DNA from: an uncultured Acidimicrobiales bacterium
GTDB taxonomy: Bacteria > Actinomycetota > Acidimicrobiia > Acidimicrobiales > UBA10347
Reading direction: 5' to 3'
NCBI GenBank assembly: GCA_943788915.1
Contig: CALSSD010000010.1
Location: forward strand, 124,001 to 188,000
Length of the DNA: 64,000 nt
Below are positions 1-9,061 of the stretch, piece after piece (positions within the stretch are counted from its first letter, which is position 1; each line of letters starts with the position of its first letter). The translations under genes were made by a program, and so were the position numbers. The notes below the pieces were generated by a model. That model was given only the letters and a program-made list of their open reading frames with translations, was not told the origin of the DNA and ran no database searches.

Positions 1-627
1 CAGGCCGACTATTGCTACATGATCTGCCGCACCGATTCCGAAGGGCCTCCGCACAAAGGCATCTCTGAGATCGTGGTGCCTATGGATCTTCCGGGGATCG
101 AGGTTCGCCCGATCCAGGACATGACAACTAACCGTCACTTCTGCGAGATCTACTTCACCGACGTGCGTGTGCCCGTAGAGAACCTGGTCGGGGTCGAAGG
201 CGACGCCTTCAAACAGACCATGGTGCAGCTCGCTCACGAACGCGGTGGCATCGATCGCCTCGTGTCGAATCGGGCGCTCTACGACATTGCGATTGACAAG
301 GCCGATAAGGCCGACCCGCTCGTTCGCCAAGAGATCGCCAAACTCGAGACCGACTACCGCATCGGCCGCATGCTTGTCTACCGCGAGGTCCTCAAGCAGG
401 CGCCGGCTGGCTTCAGCGCAGCGACCAAGGTGTATTGCACCGAACACCAGACTCGTGTCGCCGAGTTCGTGTCCCGCACCCTCGGTCCAGAAGCCACGCT
501 GTGGAATGACGTGACCCACGGCCTGACCTATGCGCCCGGCTACACAATCATGGGCGGAACCAGCAACATCATGCGCAACATCTTGGGCGAACGCGTGCTC
601 GGCCTGCCCCGCGAACCTCGCTCCTAA
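1..627 (+). CDS. Acyl-CoA dehydrogenase family protein, C-terminal part (5' end outside window)
   Basis: Frame open from base 1; HKGIS, HFCEIYFTDVRVP, C-terminal TIMGGTSNIMRNILGERVLGLPREP. Confidence 0.9.
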   Translation, partial: QADYCYMICRTDSEGPPHKGISEIVVPMDLPGIEVRPIQDMTTNRHFCEIYFTDVRVPVENLVGVEGDAFKQTMVQLAHERGGIDRLVSNRALYDIAIDKADKADPLVRQEIAKLETDYRIGRMLVYREVLKQAPAGFSAATKVYCTEHQTRVAEFVSRTLGPEATLWNDVTHGLTYAPGYTIMGGTSNIMRNILGERVLGLPREPRS

Positions 628-663
628 CGAAAAGTTACGTCCCCAGGGGAACGTAACTTTTCG
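628..663 (+). terminator. Stem-loop directly after stop codon, probable terminator
   Basis: CGAAAAGTTACGT(628-640)/ACGTAACTTTTCG(651-663), perfect 13-bp stem. Confidence 0.6.
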
Positions 664-665
664 GG

Positions 666-892
666 GACAGTGCTGAAACGCGGCCACGTTGTGTCAACGC
701 GGCTCGGGCCAGGTTCTCAAGCCGAGGCTTTGAGGGGCATCGGTCGCCGTGATCGCAACTGCCGTTGGGTTGGCGCCGAGCGCCATCTATCGCTACTACG
801 GTGATATATCGGCTCTCTATGAAAGCCATATTCATGGCCATCTGTATGGCAACGCTCGCGATTCGCTGATTCGTCTGCTAGGTGATCGCTAG
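666..892 (+). pseudogene. TetR-family regulator remnant (HTH only, frameshifted, no start)
   Basis: DSAETRPRCVNAARARFSSRGFEG / ASVAVIATAVGLAPSAIYRYYGDISALYE across a 1-nt shift at ~735; matches TetR HTH pattern. Confidence 0.6.
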
Positions 893-945
893 CGCTCAGG
901 ATCACCGCACTCGGTCGGGCTGCCCCCAACAATGCACCAGGATTT

Positions 946-972
946 GTCACGGAGGGTCTGACCCCGCGTGAC
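946..972. repeat. REP-like palindrome GTCACG..GGGTCTGACCCC..CGTGAC
   Basis: Hairpin; near-identical copy at 39154-39180. Confidence 0.6.
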
Positions 973-988
973 GTGTGAGGCGGGAGAA

Positions 989-1873
989 TCAGCGGCCGAG
1001 TTCCTGCAAGGTTGTGATGGCACCTGCCTGGTCGGGTGATGCGCAGCGCACGATCACGTCGTCGACACCGAGTTCGCGAAGCTCGCCGAGACGTTCGCCA
1101 AGCTCGTTGGCAGAACCACTGAGCAGGCGTTCGAATGGCAAACCGCGGTAGCCGCGCTCAGTGAGGTCGCGGGCAAGTGACTGAGCGGCTCGGGCGTCCG
1201 GTCCAAGGACAGCGTCTCGACGCAAGGCGAATCGAGACCCGCCGGCAGCCCGGTAGCGATCGACCCCTCGACGGATTGACTCGTCGTCCTGGCCGGGTGA
1301 GCCATACCAACAGTCACCAAGTCGCGCTGCCCGGTCGATGGCAACGTCGGCGGTGCCCCCAACCCACCACTCGATTGGGCCATCAGAGCGGAGGCCTACG
1401 GTTGCTTCGGCCAAGCCGAAGTAGTTGTCGGTTACTGCCTCGCCAGCGAGCAGCGCTTTAACGACGGGAATTACTGCATCGATATCGCGGCCGCGACGGG
1501 ACATATCCGCGCCAAGGTTGGTGAACTGAGCGTCGCCCCAGCCGATACCTGTCTGCACGATGAACGGCACTCCGGGCGACGCCGCATGATGCATGGCCGC
1601 CAACGTGCCGATGTGTTCTGCCATGAGTAGCGGTTTCCACAATGGGGTCAGGAACAAACACCCGGCAGGGCGCCCGACCCACTCAGCGAGCAGCCGGCCG
1701 AGCATCGGTGTGTTCTGTGCGTACGGCACTTTCATATCGTGGTGATCACCAATCGTCAGCGACGCCAGGCCAGCGGCATGAGCCACCTGGGCCCGTTCGA
1801 TCATCAGCGATACAGCATCGGTGCGATGTGTTGATGACAACGAAACGCCAATACTCGGAAGTGCAGTGTTCAT
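989..1873 (-). CDS. LLM-class (luciferase-like) flavin-dependent oxidoreductase
   Basis: IGDHH, P..AE..GTLA, WWVGG...AIDRAARLGDCW motifs. Confidence 0.85.
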   Translation of the reverse strand: MNTALPSIGVSLSSTHRTDAVSLMIERAQVAHAAGLASLTIGDHHDMKVPYAQNTPMLGRLLAEWVGRPAGCLFLTPLWKPLLMAEHIGTLAAMHHAASPGVPFIVQTGIGWGDAQFTNLGADMSRRGRDIDAVIPVVKALLAGEAVTDNYFGLAEATVGLRSDGPIEWWVGGTADVAIDRAARLGDCWYGSPGQDDESIRRGVDRYRAAGGSRFALRRDAVLGPDARAAQSLARDLTERGYRGLPFERLLSGSANELGERLGELRELGVDDVIVRCASPDQAGAITTLQELGR

Positions 1874-1918
1874 GGGCAAACGTTAGGCGCTGCCGCCGGA
1901 TCTATTAGCGTCGACAGC

Positions 1919-2413
1919 ATGAGCGAAGCAGAAGCAATTGATCCCCTCCATTTCCGCAACGTCATGGGCCAGGTCCCTACCTGTGTGACTGTCGTGACCG
2001 CACTTGTCGAAGGTGCGCCTGTCGCCATGGTGATCGGCAGTTTCGTGTCGGTATCGCTCGAACCACCACTCGCAGGATTCTTCTGCACGGCGACCTCGGC
2101 CACCTGGGAACAGCTCCGAAGCGCGGATGTGCTCGGTGTGAACGTCCTGGGCGCCGATCAAATCGATGTCAGCAATGCTTGCATGCGCCCTCCTGTAGAC
2201 CGCTTCGAGGGTCTCGACTGGTCGGTCGTCGGTGGCGCCCCCAAGTTCGCTGGCACGACCGCCTGGCTCACGCTCACCCCGAATGAGGTCATCGACGCTG
2301 GCGATCACGAGTTTGCGCTCTGCAACGTCACCCATATGGAAGTACCAGATGAACCCAGCGAACCGGTCATCTTCTACGGTGGCGGTTACCGCACGCTCGC
2401 CCCAAAGGAATAA
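1919..2413 (+). CDS. Flavin reductase family protein
   Basis: FRNVMGQVPTCVTVVT, SFVSVSLEPPL, DAGDHE, P.IFYGGGYR. Confidence 0.9.
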   Translation: MSEAEAIDPLHFRNVMGQVPTCVTVVTALVEGAPVAMVIGSFVSVSLEPPLAGFFCTATSATWEQLRSADVLGVNVLGADQIDVSNACMRPPVDRFEGLDWSVVGGAPKFAGTTAWLTLTPNEVIDAGDHEFALCNVTHMEVPDEPSEPVIFYGGGYRTLAPKE

Positions 2414-2415
2414 CA

Positions 2416-3570
2416 GTGCCGACCGATCTGGATATTGCCGATCAAATCGTTGACACGGTCGCAGCCTGGGTAGACGCCGAGGTCGTACCCAACGCTTCGC
2501 AGTTTGAACTGGCCGACGAATTCCCCGAGGCCATGGTCGAGCAGATGAAAGCCTTTGGACTGTTTGGCTGCGTGATACCCGAGCAGTACGGCGGGCTTGG
2601 TTTGGATCACATCACCTATGCCCGTCTGATCGAGGAGATCTCCCGGGGTTTCATGTCGCTCGGTGGGGTGCTCAACAGTCACCTGATCGTGTGCACCATG
2701 ATTCTGCGGTTCGGAACCGAAGATCAGCGCGAACGGTGGCTTCCTGATCTGTGCAGTGGTGCCGCTCGTGCCGCGTTCTCGTTGTCTGAACACGACGCTG
2801 GTTCCGACGCTCGTTCGATGACCTGTCGGGCGGTTCCCGACGGCAACGACTATGTGATCAACGGGACCAAAATGTGGGTCACCAACGGAACCCGGTCTCG
2901 GATTGTGGCGCTTATGGCCAAGACACCCGACGACAAGGTCACGTGTTTCATCATCGAGAAAGAACCAGGCGAGCAGTTCGAGAACATCTCGTTTCAGAAA
3001 GTTGAGAAGCTGGGTTACCGGGGTCTTGAGACCATGGAGATGACCTATGTCGATCAGCGAGTTCCAGCTGGCAACATGCTCGGCGACGAAGCCGGTCTTG
3101 GTCGAGGACTGAACGCAGCGCTTTCTGCATTGGAGCTCGGCCGGATCAATATTGCAGCCCGTGCGGTTGGGGTTGGCAGAGCAGCGTTCGAAGCGTCCAT
3201 GGCCTATGCCCAGCAGCGCGAGACCTTCGGCAAGAAGATTTTTGACCACCAGGTGATCGCATTCAAGCTGGCGGACATGGCTACCAAACTTGAAGCCGCT
3301 CGTTTGATGTGCCACAACGCAGCTCACAAGTTTGACCAAGGCATTCGGGCTGATCTCGAAGCGGGCATGGCCAAACTGTTCTGTTCAGAGATGGCGGCTG
3401 AGCTTGCGTTCGAGGCCATGAGGATCCATGGCGGCAACGGCTACACCAGCGAGTATCCGGTCGAGCGTTACTACCGAGATGCGCCACTCATGATCATTGG
3501 CGAAGGCACGAACGAGATTCAGAAGCTGGTGATCGCCCGCCAGCTTCTCGACAAATATCGAGTTACGTGA
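2416..3570 (+). CDS. Acyl-CoA dehydrogenase
   Basis: IPEQYGGLG, SLSEHDAGSD, INGTKMWVTN, RIHGGNGY..EYPVERYYRDA..IGEGTNEIQ. Confidence 0.95.
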   Translation: MPTDLDIADQIVDTVAAWVDAEVVPNASQFELADEFPEAMVEQMKAFGLFGCVIPEQYGGLGLDHITYARLIEEISRGFMSLGGVLNSHLIVCTMILRFGTEDQRERWLPDLCSGAARAAFSLSEHDAGSDARSMTCRAVPDGNDYVINGTKMWVTNGTRSRIVALMAKTPDDKVTCFIIEKEPGEQFENISFQKVEKLGYRGLETMEMTYVDQRVPAGNMLGDEAGLGRGLNAALSALELGRINIAARAVGVGRAAFEASMAYAQQRETFGKKIFDHQVIAFKLADMATKLEAARLMCHNAAHKFDQGIRADLEAGMAKLFCSEMAAELAFEAMRIHGGNGYTSEYPVERYYRDAPLMIIGEGTNEIQKLVIARQLLDKYRVT

Positions 3571-3620
3571 GTCCCGGTTAGCGGGACAACGTGTCGGAAT
3601 CGCAGAAATGTGATCGTCGA

Positions 3621-3649
3621 GGAACCAAAACCACCGGTTCATGCGTTCT
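3621..3649 (+). promoter_or_regulatory. Putative ECF sigma promoter GGAACCA-N16-CGTTCT
   Basis: Same spacing as motifs at 6338 and 13682; in-frame GTG 12 nt after the CGT. Confidence 0.55.
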
Positions 3650-3655
3650 ACCTAT

Positions 3656-4951
3656 GTGCGACGTCTTAGAACAAACCTTTTGCAGCTGGTAGCGGCGCCA
3701 AAATCGTTGGCCGCACTTGGTGTGTCCCTCGTGCTCATCATGTCGGCTTGTGCTTCGGGCCCGGCCGAAACTGGCTCAGGCGCACCAACTGACCCAATAG
3801 CGAGCCCAACCCCGGTCGTCATCGCAACAACAGGACCGACATCGTTGGTTACCCCTACTACTGATCCGTCATCGACGGCGACTGCGGTTCCCCCGAGCAC
3901 TGCTATTCCTGAGAACACGGCAACACCTGGCCCAGCAGCCTCATCAACACCCTTGGCAACCGCTGCGCTCACAGCAACGACTCGGCCGATTCCGACAGCA
4001 CAAGCCACAGCGCAACCAACTGCAACGCAACCCACCGCAACGCCTCGACCTGCAACGGCGACCGCTGTGCCGCCAACCCCAACACCGACATCAACATGGG
4101 TCAACCCTGACTGTTTCGTCGGCCCTGGTGCCGCCGATGAACCCGTGTGGTGGTGTGGCGGCAAGATCTGTGTCGTTGGTTCGCCGCACTACGGGTGCCC
4201 GTCGACCGTGCCTGCCCAGCCGTATGTCCTCATCGACTGCACCATTTCTGACAGTGACATCGAGGTGAACGAGATCATCACGCTGACAGCGGTGCAGACT
4301 CCTGCGGACGCACCGGTGCGTTACGCGTTCAGCCACGGCGACGGCACGATTGACAACACGTCGGTTTCACGGGCGTTCTACGAGGCTCCCGGGTCCTACA
4401 CAGTCACGCTGCTGTGGCAGTACCACGGCGGCAAGGGAAGCAAATCCTGCGGGACCGTGCATGTCCGACCGGTCAATGCGCCGACACCCACCGTCACGCC
4501 CACACCGGACGCGGTGCAGATCGGTTGCAGCATCTCGCCTCGGCGGCCTGTCGAAGTGAACGAGACGCTGACCTTCACCGCCTTTCAGAGCCCAGCCAAC
4601 GTGCCCGTCACCTACGTGTTTGATCACGGCGATGGCACCCTCGACGAGACGTCGCAGTCGTTGGCCTACTACGCAGCTCCCGGCTTCTATCAGGTACGAC
4701 TCAACTGGGCGCACGACGGCCAGAGTGGCACGACGTTCTGTGGAACGGTGACGGTTGAACCGAACTTTTCCGCCAGCGACTATCTGGGGCGCACACCAGA
4801 ATCGGCAGATGCGTTGGCCATCAGCCGTGGGCTAACGACTCGTATCGTGAGAATCGATGATCAAGTCTTCCCCGGCACCGAGGACTACCGCCTCGACCGA
4901 GTCAATATCGAAGTTGATGCCAACATTGTTACCGAGGCGTACTTGGGTTGA
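3656..4951 (+). CDS. Lipoprotein: Pro/Thr stalk, two PKD-like domains, C-terminal peptidase-inhibitor I78/I13-like domain
   Basis: Lipobox MSAC; PT-rich linker; two FxHGDGT...Y..PG.Y.V.L repeats; TEDYRLDRVNIEVD. Start chosen from promoter geometry (ORF opens 3641). Confidence 0.75.
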   Translation: MRRLRTNLLQLVAAPKSLAALGVSLVLIMSACASGPAETGSGAPTDPIASPTPVVIATTGPTSLVTPTTDPSSTATAVPPSTAIPENTATPGPAASSTPLATAALTATTRPIPTAQATAQPTATQPTATPRPATATAVPPTPTPTSTWVNPDCFVGPGAADEPVWWCGGKICVVGSPHYGCPSTVPAQPYVLIDCTISDSDIEVNEIITLTAVQTPADAPVRYAFSHGDGTIDNTSVSRAFYEAPGSYTVTLLWQYHGGKGSKSCGTVHVRPVNAPTPTVTPTPDAVQIGCSISPRRPVEVNETLTFTAFQSPANVPVTYVFDHGDGTLDETSQSLAYYAAPGFYQVRLNWAHDGQSGTTFCGTVTVEPNFSASDYLGRTPESADALAISRGLTTRIVRIDDQVFPGTEDYRLDRVNIEVDANIVTEAYLG

Positions 4952-4994
4952 GCCCGATGATGCGACCGGCTAGCTAATCGGTAAGTATCTGTGC

Positions 4995-5651
4995 ATGCGT
5001 CGCGCCGTACTACTCGCCGGAGGGTGGGCTCATCCGGGCCATGATCAAGTTGCGGCAGTGTCTGCCTTACTGGCGGAGCGGTCCTTCGAAACCCGAGTCG
5101 TGCGTGATCCAGCCGATGTGCCAGCAACGCTCGATGACGGCTGTGATCTGTTGGTCGTTGCTGCGTGCTGGTTCTCGATGACCGATGAGCGCTACACAGA
5201 TGAGCAACGCCGAGACCATGCGGTCGTGTTTAGCCCGGCACTAGATCAGGCGCTCGCCAAACTCCGCAACCAGGGCTGCCCGGTTCTTGCGCTACACACC
5301 GCGGTGATCTGCTTTGACGGACACGCTACTTGGGCGGACTGGCTGGGCGGCACGTGGAACTGGACGACCAGTTGGCATCCCCAGCCGGGGCCCATACTGG
5401 TGCAGCCTGCCGACGAAACGCCTATCGAATTCCCGGCCTTCACCGTTCTTGACGAGCTGTACCAAGGCCTCGACCTTGCTGCAGGTGCGGACATCGTCGC
5501 CCACGCTGAAGGTCATCCGCTGGTATGGCTCCAGGCCACCGAATCGGGCAGGGCAGTAGTCAACCTGCTTGGCCACGATCACCAATCACTTGCGGAACCC
5601 AACCACCGTCAGCTCAATGGCCAGCTGCTCGATTGGTTGCTGCGAAACTAG
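4995..5651 (+). CDS. ThuA-like (class I glutamine amidotransferase-like) protein
   Basis: GGWAHP, LALHTA, LGGTW...SWHP, DELY, GRAVVNLLGHD. Confidence 0.8.
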   Translation: MRRAVLLAGGWAHPGHDQVAAVSALLAERSFETRVVRDPADVPATLDDGCDLLVVAACWFSMTDERYTDEQRRDHAVVFSPALDQALAKLRNQGCPVLALHTAVICFDGHATWADWLGGTWNWTTSWHPQPGPILVQPADETPIEFPAFTVLDELYQGLDLAAGADIVAHAEGHPLVWLQATESGRAVVNLLGHDHQSLAEPNHRQLNGQLLDWLLRN

Positions 5652-5686
5652 TCAGCGGCTCTTTGGTCTTGATCAGGGGTTGTCGG

Positions 5687-5977
5687 TCAGAGGTTGTATT
5701 GCACCGCAGCGCGAGCGGTGATGTTTGGCTTGATCCACTCTGCGATGAGTTGGACATGGCCTTCGTCGGCGGCGTAGGCACGGTAGTCATCAACCGATGC
5801 GAAGTCGCCAACCGCTACATAGTCCCAGTTGCCGTCGCTCACGCCAGCATCAGGCCCATGGTGATACGCGGAGACACACGGCAGTGTGGCAAGCGCATCG
5901 AGCCCTGCACTGACAGTGGCCTGGGTTTCATCCGACACATCGTCGGCCCACCGGAACATCACACAATGACGAAACAC
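5687..5977 (-). CDS. Dabb family stress-responsive A/B barrel protein
   Basis: MFRHCVMFRW, GPDAG...NWDY...DF...DY.AY...H. Confidence 0.9.
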   Translation of the reverse strand: MFRHCVMFRWADDVSDETQATVSAGLDALATLPCVSAYHHGPDAGVSDGNWDYVAVGDFASVDDYRAYAADEGHVQLIAEWIKPNITARAAVQYNL

Positions 5978-6337
5978 AGAACTACTCCTTGAAGACCGCT
6001 ACAGAATGTCGACCTACTCTACGTTCGTCAGGAGCTTCCAGAATGATCCCGGTGCAATGATCCCTGTGGAACCTGACGATCCGCAACGAGTCGATGCGGT
6101 CGATCTGTTCAAGCCATATCTCGCTTTCACGAACGCCCCCAGCGCTTCCAGAGATGTACGTGCGCTCGATGTCCGCGCTCTGTGTTCGACCGACATCAAC
6201 TTTTCGAGGGCTTGATCAAACGACGGCGTGCTGAGAGGCCAGGGTGCTGAACACCGTTTGGGGACGATTAGGTCACGGCCGAAAGTGCGTCGACGACGTA
6301 GGGACCTGTCCCGACGTGAAACTTTTCTGACAAGACC

Positions 6338-6369
6338 GGGACCAAACTCGGGTTGTCCAGCGTGTGTTG
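6338..6369 (+). promoter_or_regulatory. Putative ECF sigma promoter GGGACCA-N16-CGTGTGTTG
   Basis: Both boxes identical to motif upstream of ECF sigma gene (13682); ATG 12 nt after the CGT. Confidence 0.65.
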
Positions 6370-6372
6370 AGC

Positions 6373-7608
6373 ATGAGAACGCGCACCCATATTGTCGTGC
6401 TGGTCATCACTGCACTGGTGGCCAGCGTTGTGGGGTCGCTCGTTGCTGTGGCGAGCACGGCCGGCACGGCACATGCCTGCTCGATCGCAGGTCCGTCGGC
6501 GGAGGCGCACCCATCGGTTGACCTGGAACCAGGGCAACACATCGACATTTTCGGATGGGGTTTCAACGACATCCAACTGGTTGAGCCGCAGCGACAACTC
6601 GTGCCGCCAATTGAGGGTGAGGTCTCGATCCCATCTCAGTTGTGTGACTTCGTTGTCTCGCCGTCGTCGGACCTCGACGTGCACTGGCGAGGCCCGAACG
6701 CAGCCTTGCTCGGCACCGTGTCGGGCCCTGACTTCAAAACGTCGGTCGTGGTACCGAGTGCCGCCACGCCTGGCCCCGCATCGATCACCGTCGGGCCGGT
6801 TGAGCTCGTGGTGTTTGTCGGCAAACCAACCGAGCCTCCGTATCCGTGCCCGCTCACGCTGCAACCCGACGAAACCGCACACCATGTCTGTGAGCCATGG
6901 CCGTGTCCCCGTCAACTGGCACCGGATGCCGATCACGCGCCGGGGTTCCTGCCCTCGTGCCCCGAGCCATGCGTCGATGCTGCGCACACCATCGACGACG
7001 GCACGGCGCACGAGTACCGATGGGACTGTCCTGATCCCTGCAGTCCCTTCCAAACGAACTCCGGCGCGGCACAACCTGACGTGTCGATCTGGTGTCCGCC
7101 GCCGGAACCGTGTCCCACGTATCTCGTCGGTGGGGCGGTTGATGGGGCGTCGTGGGTGAGTTGTCCGGATCCATGTGGTCACACCCAAACCAGCGCTCGA
7201 GCGGCACAACCTGACGTGTCGATCTGGTGTCCGCCGCCGGAACCGTGTCCGGACCCACCAGCTATTGACGGAGGCAACCATGCAACAGATGAGGTATCGC
7301 TGCCTTGGTGCGGACCGGGGCCTTGCCGTTTGGTTGGTGGTGATGCACTGGTGTGTTCTGAGGTTCAGACATCAGCATCTGGAATATCGGTGTCATCGGC
7401 CGACACCGCTCCAGCGGTAGGAGTGAGCCCGGTCGAGGGTGTATCAGGACCTGCATCACAGCCACTGGAACCAGCGGCTGGGGCGCCTCCGGTCTCTCAA
7501 GATTTCATTCGGGCTTCGGCATCTCACGCAGCTGCTGATCTGGTCGCAGCGATGTCTCAACGGCTGACCGGCATCGTTGGTGCGGTGCTTGCCAGCATTT
7601 TCGGTTGA
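6373..7608 (+). CDS. Secreted Cys/Pro-rich hypothetical protein
   Basis: Signal peptide ending AHA; 18 Cys, seven C-x(3-5)-C pairs; internal repeat. Confidence 0.7.
   Translation: MRTRTHIVVLVITALVASVVGSLVAVASTAGTAHACSIAGPSAEAHPSVDLEPGQHIDIFGWGFNDIQLVEPQRQLVPPIEGEVSIPSQLCDFVVSPSSDLDVHWRGPNAALLGTVSGPDFKTSVVVPSAATPGPASITVGPVELVVFVGKPTEPPYPCPLTLQPDETAHHVCEPWPCPRQLAPDADHAPGFLPSCPEPCVDAAHTIDDGTAHEYRWDCPDPCSPFQTNSGAAQPDVSIWCPPPEPCPTYLVGGAVDGASWVSCPDPCGHTQTSARAAQPDVSIWCPPPEPCPDPPAIDGGNHATDEVSLPWCGPGPCRLVGGDALVCSEVQTSASGISVSSADTAPAVGVSPVEGVSGPASQPLEPAAGAPPVSQDFIRASASHAAADLVAAMSQRLTGIVGAVLASIFG
7066..7250 (+). repeat. Exact 50-bp intragenic direct repeat (7066-7115, 7201-7250)
   Basis: GCGGCACAACCTGACGTGTCGATCTGGTGTCCGCCGCCGGAACCGTGTCC twice, 135 bp apart. 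Confidence 0.95.
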
Positions 7609-7932
7609 TATGCCGTTCGTGTCGGCTGCGTTCGTGTTGGCTGCTGGTTTGAAGCGATAGCAGCCGACACTTCGAGCGCTATCCGATGCGACGATCCTTT
7701 CTGAACAGCAGCACAGCCTGGCCTGATGACCATCGCAACGATGTGCTGGTGGTGACCCGAACTATCCACGGTTCTCGCCAATGCGATTCGGTGGGTGTGC
7801 TCAGAAGATGTGGCCGCATGAGCACGAACAGATCGGTGCTTGGCAAATTGATCCTCGACTCATGTAGCGCTATTGCGTTGGCTCGCGTAATGTGGGGAGC
7901 AATCACTCGTTAACAACTTGAGGAACCAACTC

Positions 7933-8403
7933 ATGAGCATGCGCGATCGCGTACAGGCAATGTTCACCGCCCCTGTGGCCGAAGCACACTGCGACGGCCC
8001 ATGCGGCGTCTACGACCCAGCATCAGCTCGGGTAACCGCTGAAGCGGTGCTGTCGATGACCAAGAAGATGCTTGATCTACATGTCCCTGAAGGTAGCGAC
8101 GACGCGGCCTGGGCCAGCTACCTCAACACCATGAGTCGCTTCGCAGCGATCAAGGAAGAACAGGCCGAGTCAACCAAACACGAGATCCTCGTGCTCTGGA
8201 CCGACTACTTCAAGCCCGATCACCTTGAGGCCTACCCCGACCTACACGCCACCATCTGGAACGCAACCAAGTTGTGTTCGAAGACCAAGCAAAACGTCGA
8301 CGTCGCTGCCGCCGAAGAACTCATGGCTGCGGTCGAGACGATCCACAAGATGTTCTGGGAATCAAAGAATCGCGACGTCGCCTGGGTTCCAGCCGTCGGC
8401 TGA
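7933..8403 (+). CDS. sodN: Nickel superoxide dismutase precursor
   Basis: Ni-hook HCDGPCGVYDP after a leader ending AEA; LWTDYFKP. Confidence 0.97.
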   Translation: MSMRDRVQAMFTAPVAEAHCDGPCGVYDPASARVTAEAVLSMTKKMLDLHVPEGSDDAAWASYLNTMSRFAAIKEEQAESTKHEILVLWTDYFKPDHLEAYPDLHATIWNATKLCSKTKQNVDVAAAEELMAAVETIHKMFWESKNRDVAWVPAVG

Positions 8404-8420
8404 TACCTGCGCAATCGCCA

Positions 8421-8737
8421 CCATGATTGCGAAGAAGGTATGTCCGCAGAGTGGCCGGAGCGTAGCGAAGCCATGATTGCGAAGAAGGTATGTCCGCAGA
8501 GTGGCCGGAGCGTAGCGAAGCCATGATTGCGAAGAAGGTATGTCCGCAGAGTGGCCGGAGCGTAGCGAAGCCATGATTGCGAAGAAGGTATGTCCGCAGA
8601 GTGGCCGGAGCGTAGCGAAGCCGTGATTGCGAAGAAGGTATGTCCGCAGAGTGGCCGGAGCGTAGCGAAGCCATGATTGCGAAGAAGGTATGTCCGCAGA
8701 GTGGCCGGAGCGTAGCGAAGCCATGATTGCGAAGAAG
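8421..8737 (+). repeat. Tandem repeat, 50-bp unit x6 plus 17-bp partial (MIRU-like, each unit a 17-aa mini-ORF)
   Basis: CCATGATTGCGAAGAAGGTATGTCCGCAGAGTGGCCGGAGCGTAGCGAAG; unit 5 has one A>G change; no spacers. Confidence 0.97.
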
Positions 8738-9061
8738 ATAGCTACGAAAGAGATCGTGCTGTGGGCGCTGCGAAAGCGGCGCCCTTGGCGCGTTCAGGGG
8801 GTGTCGATGGAGCCTGAATACCGGGCTGGTGATCTGGTGTTGATCGATCCGAACGCACCTGTAGTTGCTGGGAGCGTGGTTGTCGCTCGGCACCCGTTTA
8901 AGAATCTTGACGTCATCAAATATGTGAAGACGGTCGACAACGACGATCATGTGGTCTTGGAAAGCCCTCAAGGTGACGACAGCAGCCACTTTGGGCGAGT
9001 GCCGCTGCACACGGTTCGTGGCACGGTGACGTACAACTGGAAGGCGCACCGGCCAACATGA
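8723..9061 (+). CDS. sodX: Nickel-SOD maturation protease (S26 family)
   Basis: RVQGVSMEP (Ser), ARHP...IKYV (Lys), DSSHFG; directly downstream of sodN. Confidence 0.85.
   Translation: MIAKKIATKEIVLWALRKRRPWRVQGVSMEPEYRAGDLVLIDPNAPVVAGSVVVARHPFKNLDVIKYVKTVDNDDHVVLESPQGDDSSHFGRVPLHTVRGTVTYNWKAHRPT

Noticed and set aside
2386..3339. Long antisense ORFs (also 6268-7281, 32069-33082, 59897-61006, 62923-63735)
   Set aside because: Shadow frames of recognisable genes, common in high-GC DNA.
6006..6215. 69-aa ORF
   Set aside because: No recognisable motif or RBS; cannot be supported without a search.
8421..8737. CRISPR array
   Set aside because: Units are head-to-tail with no unique spacers, and there are no cas genes in the window.
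8321..9049. 242-aa minus-strand repeat protein
   Set aside because: Antisense translation of the 50-bp array and sodX; overlaps two well-supported genes.
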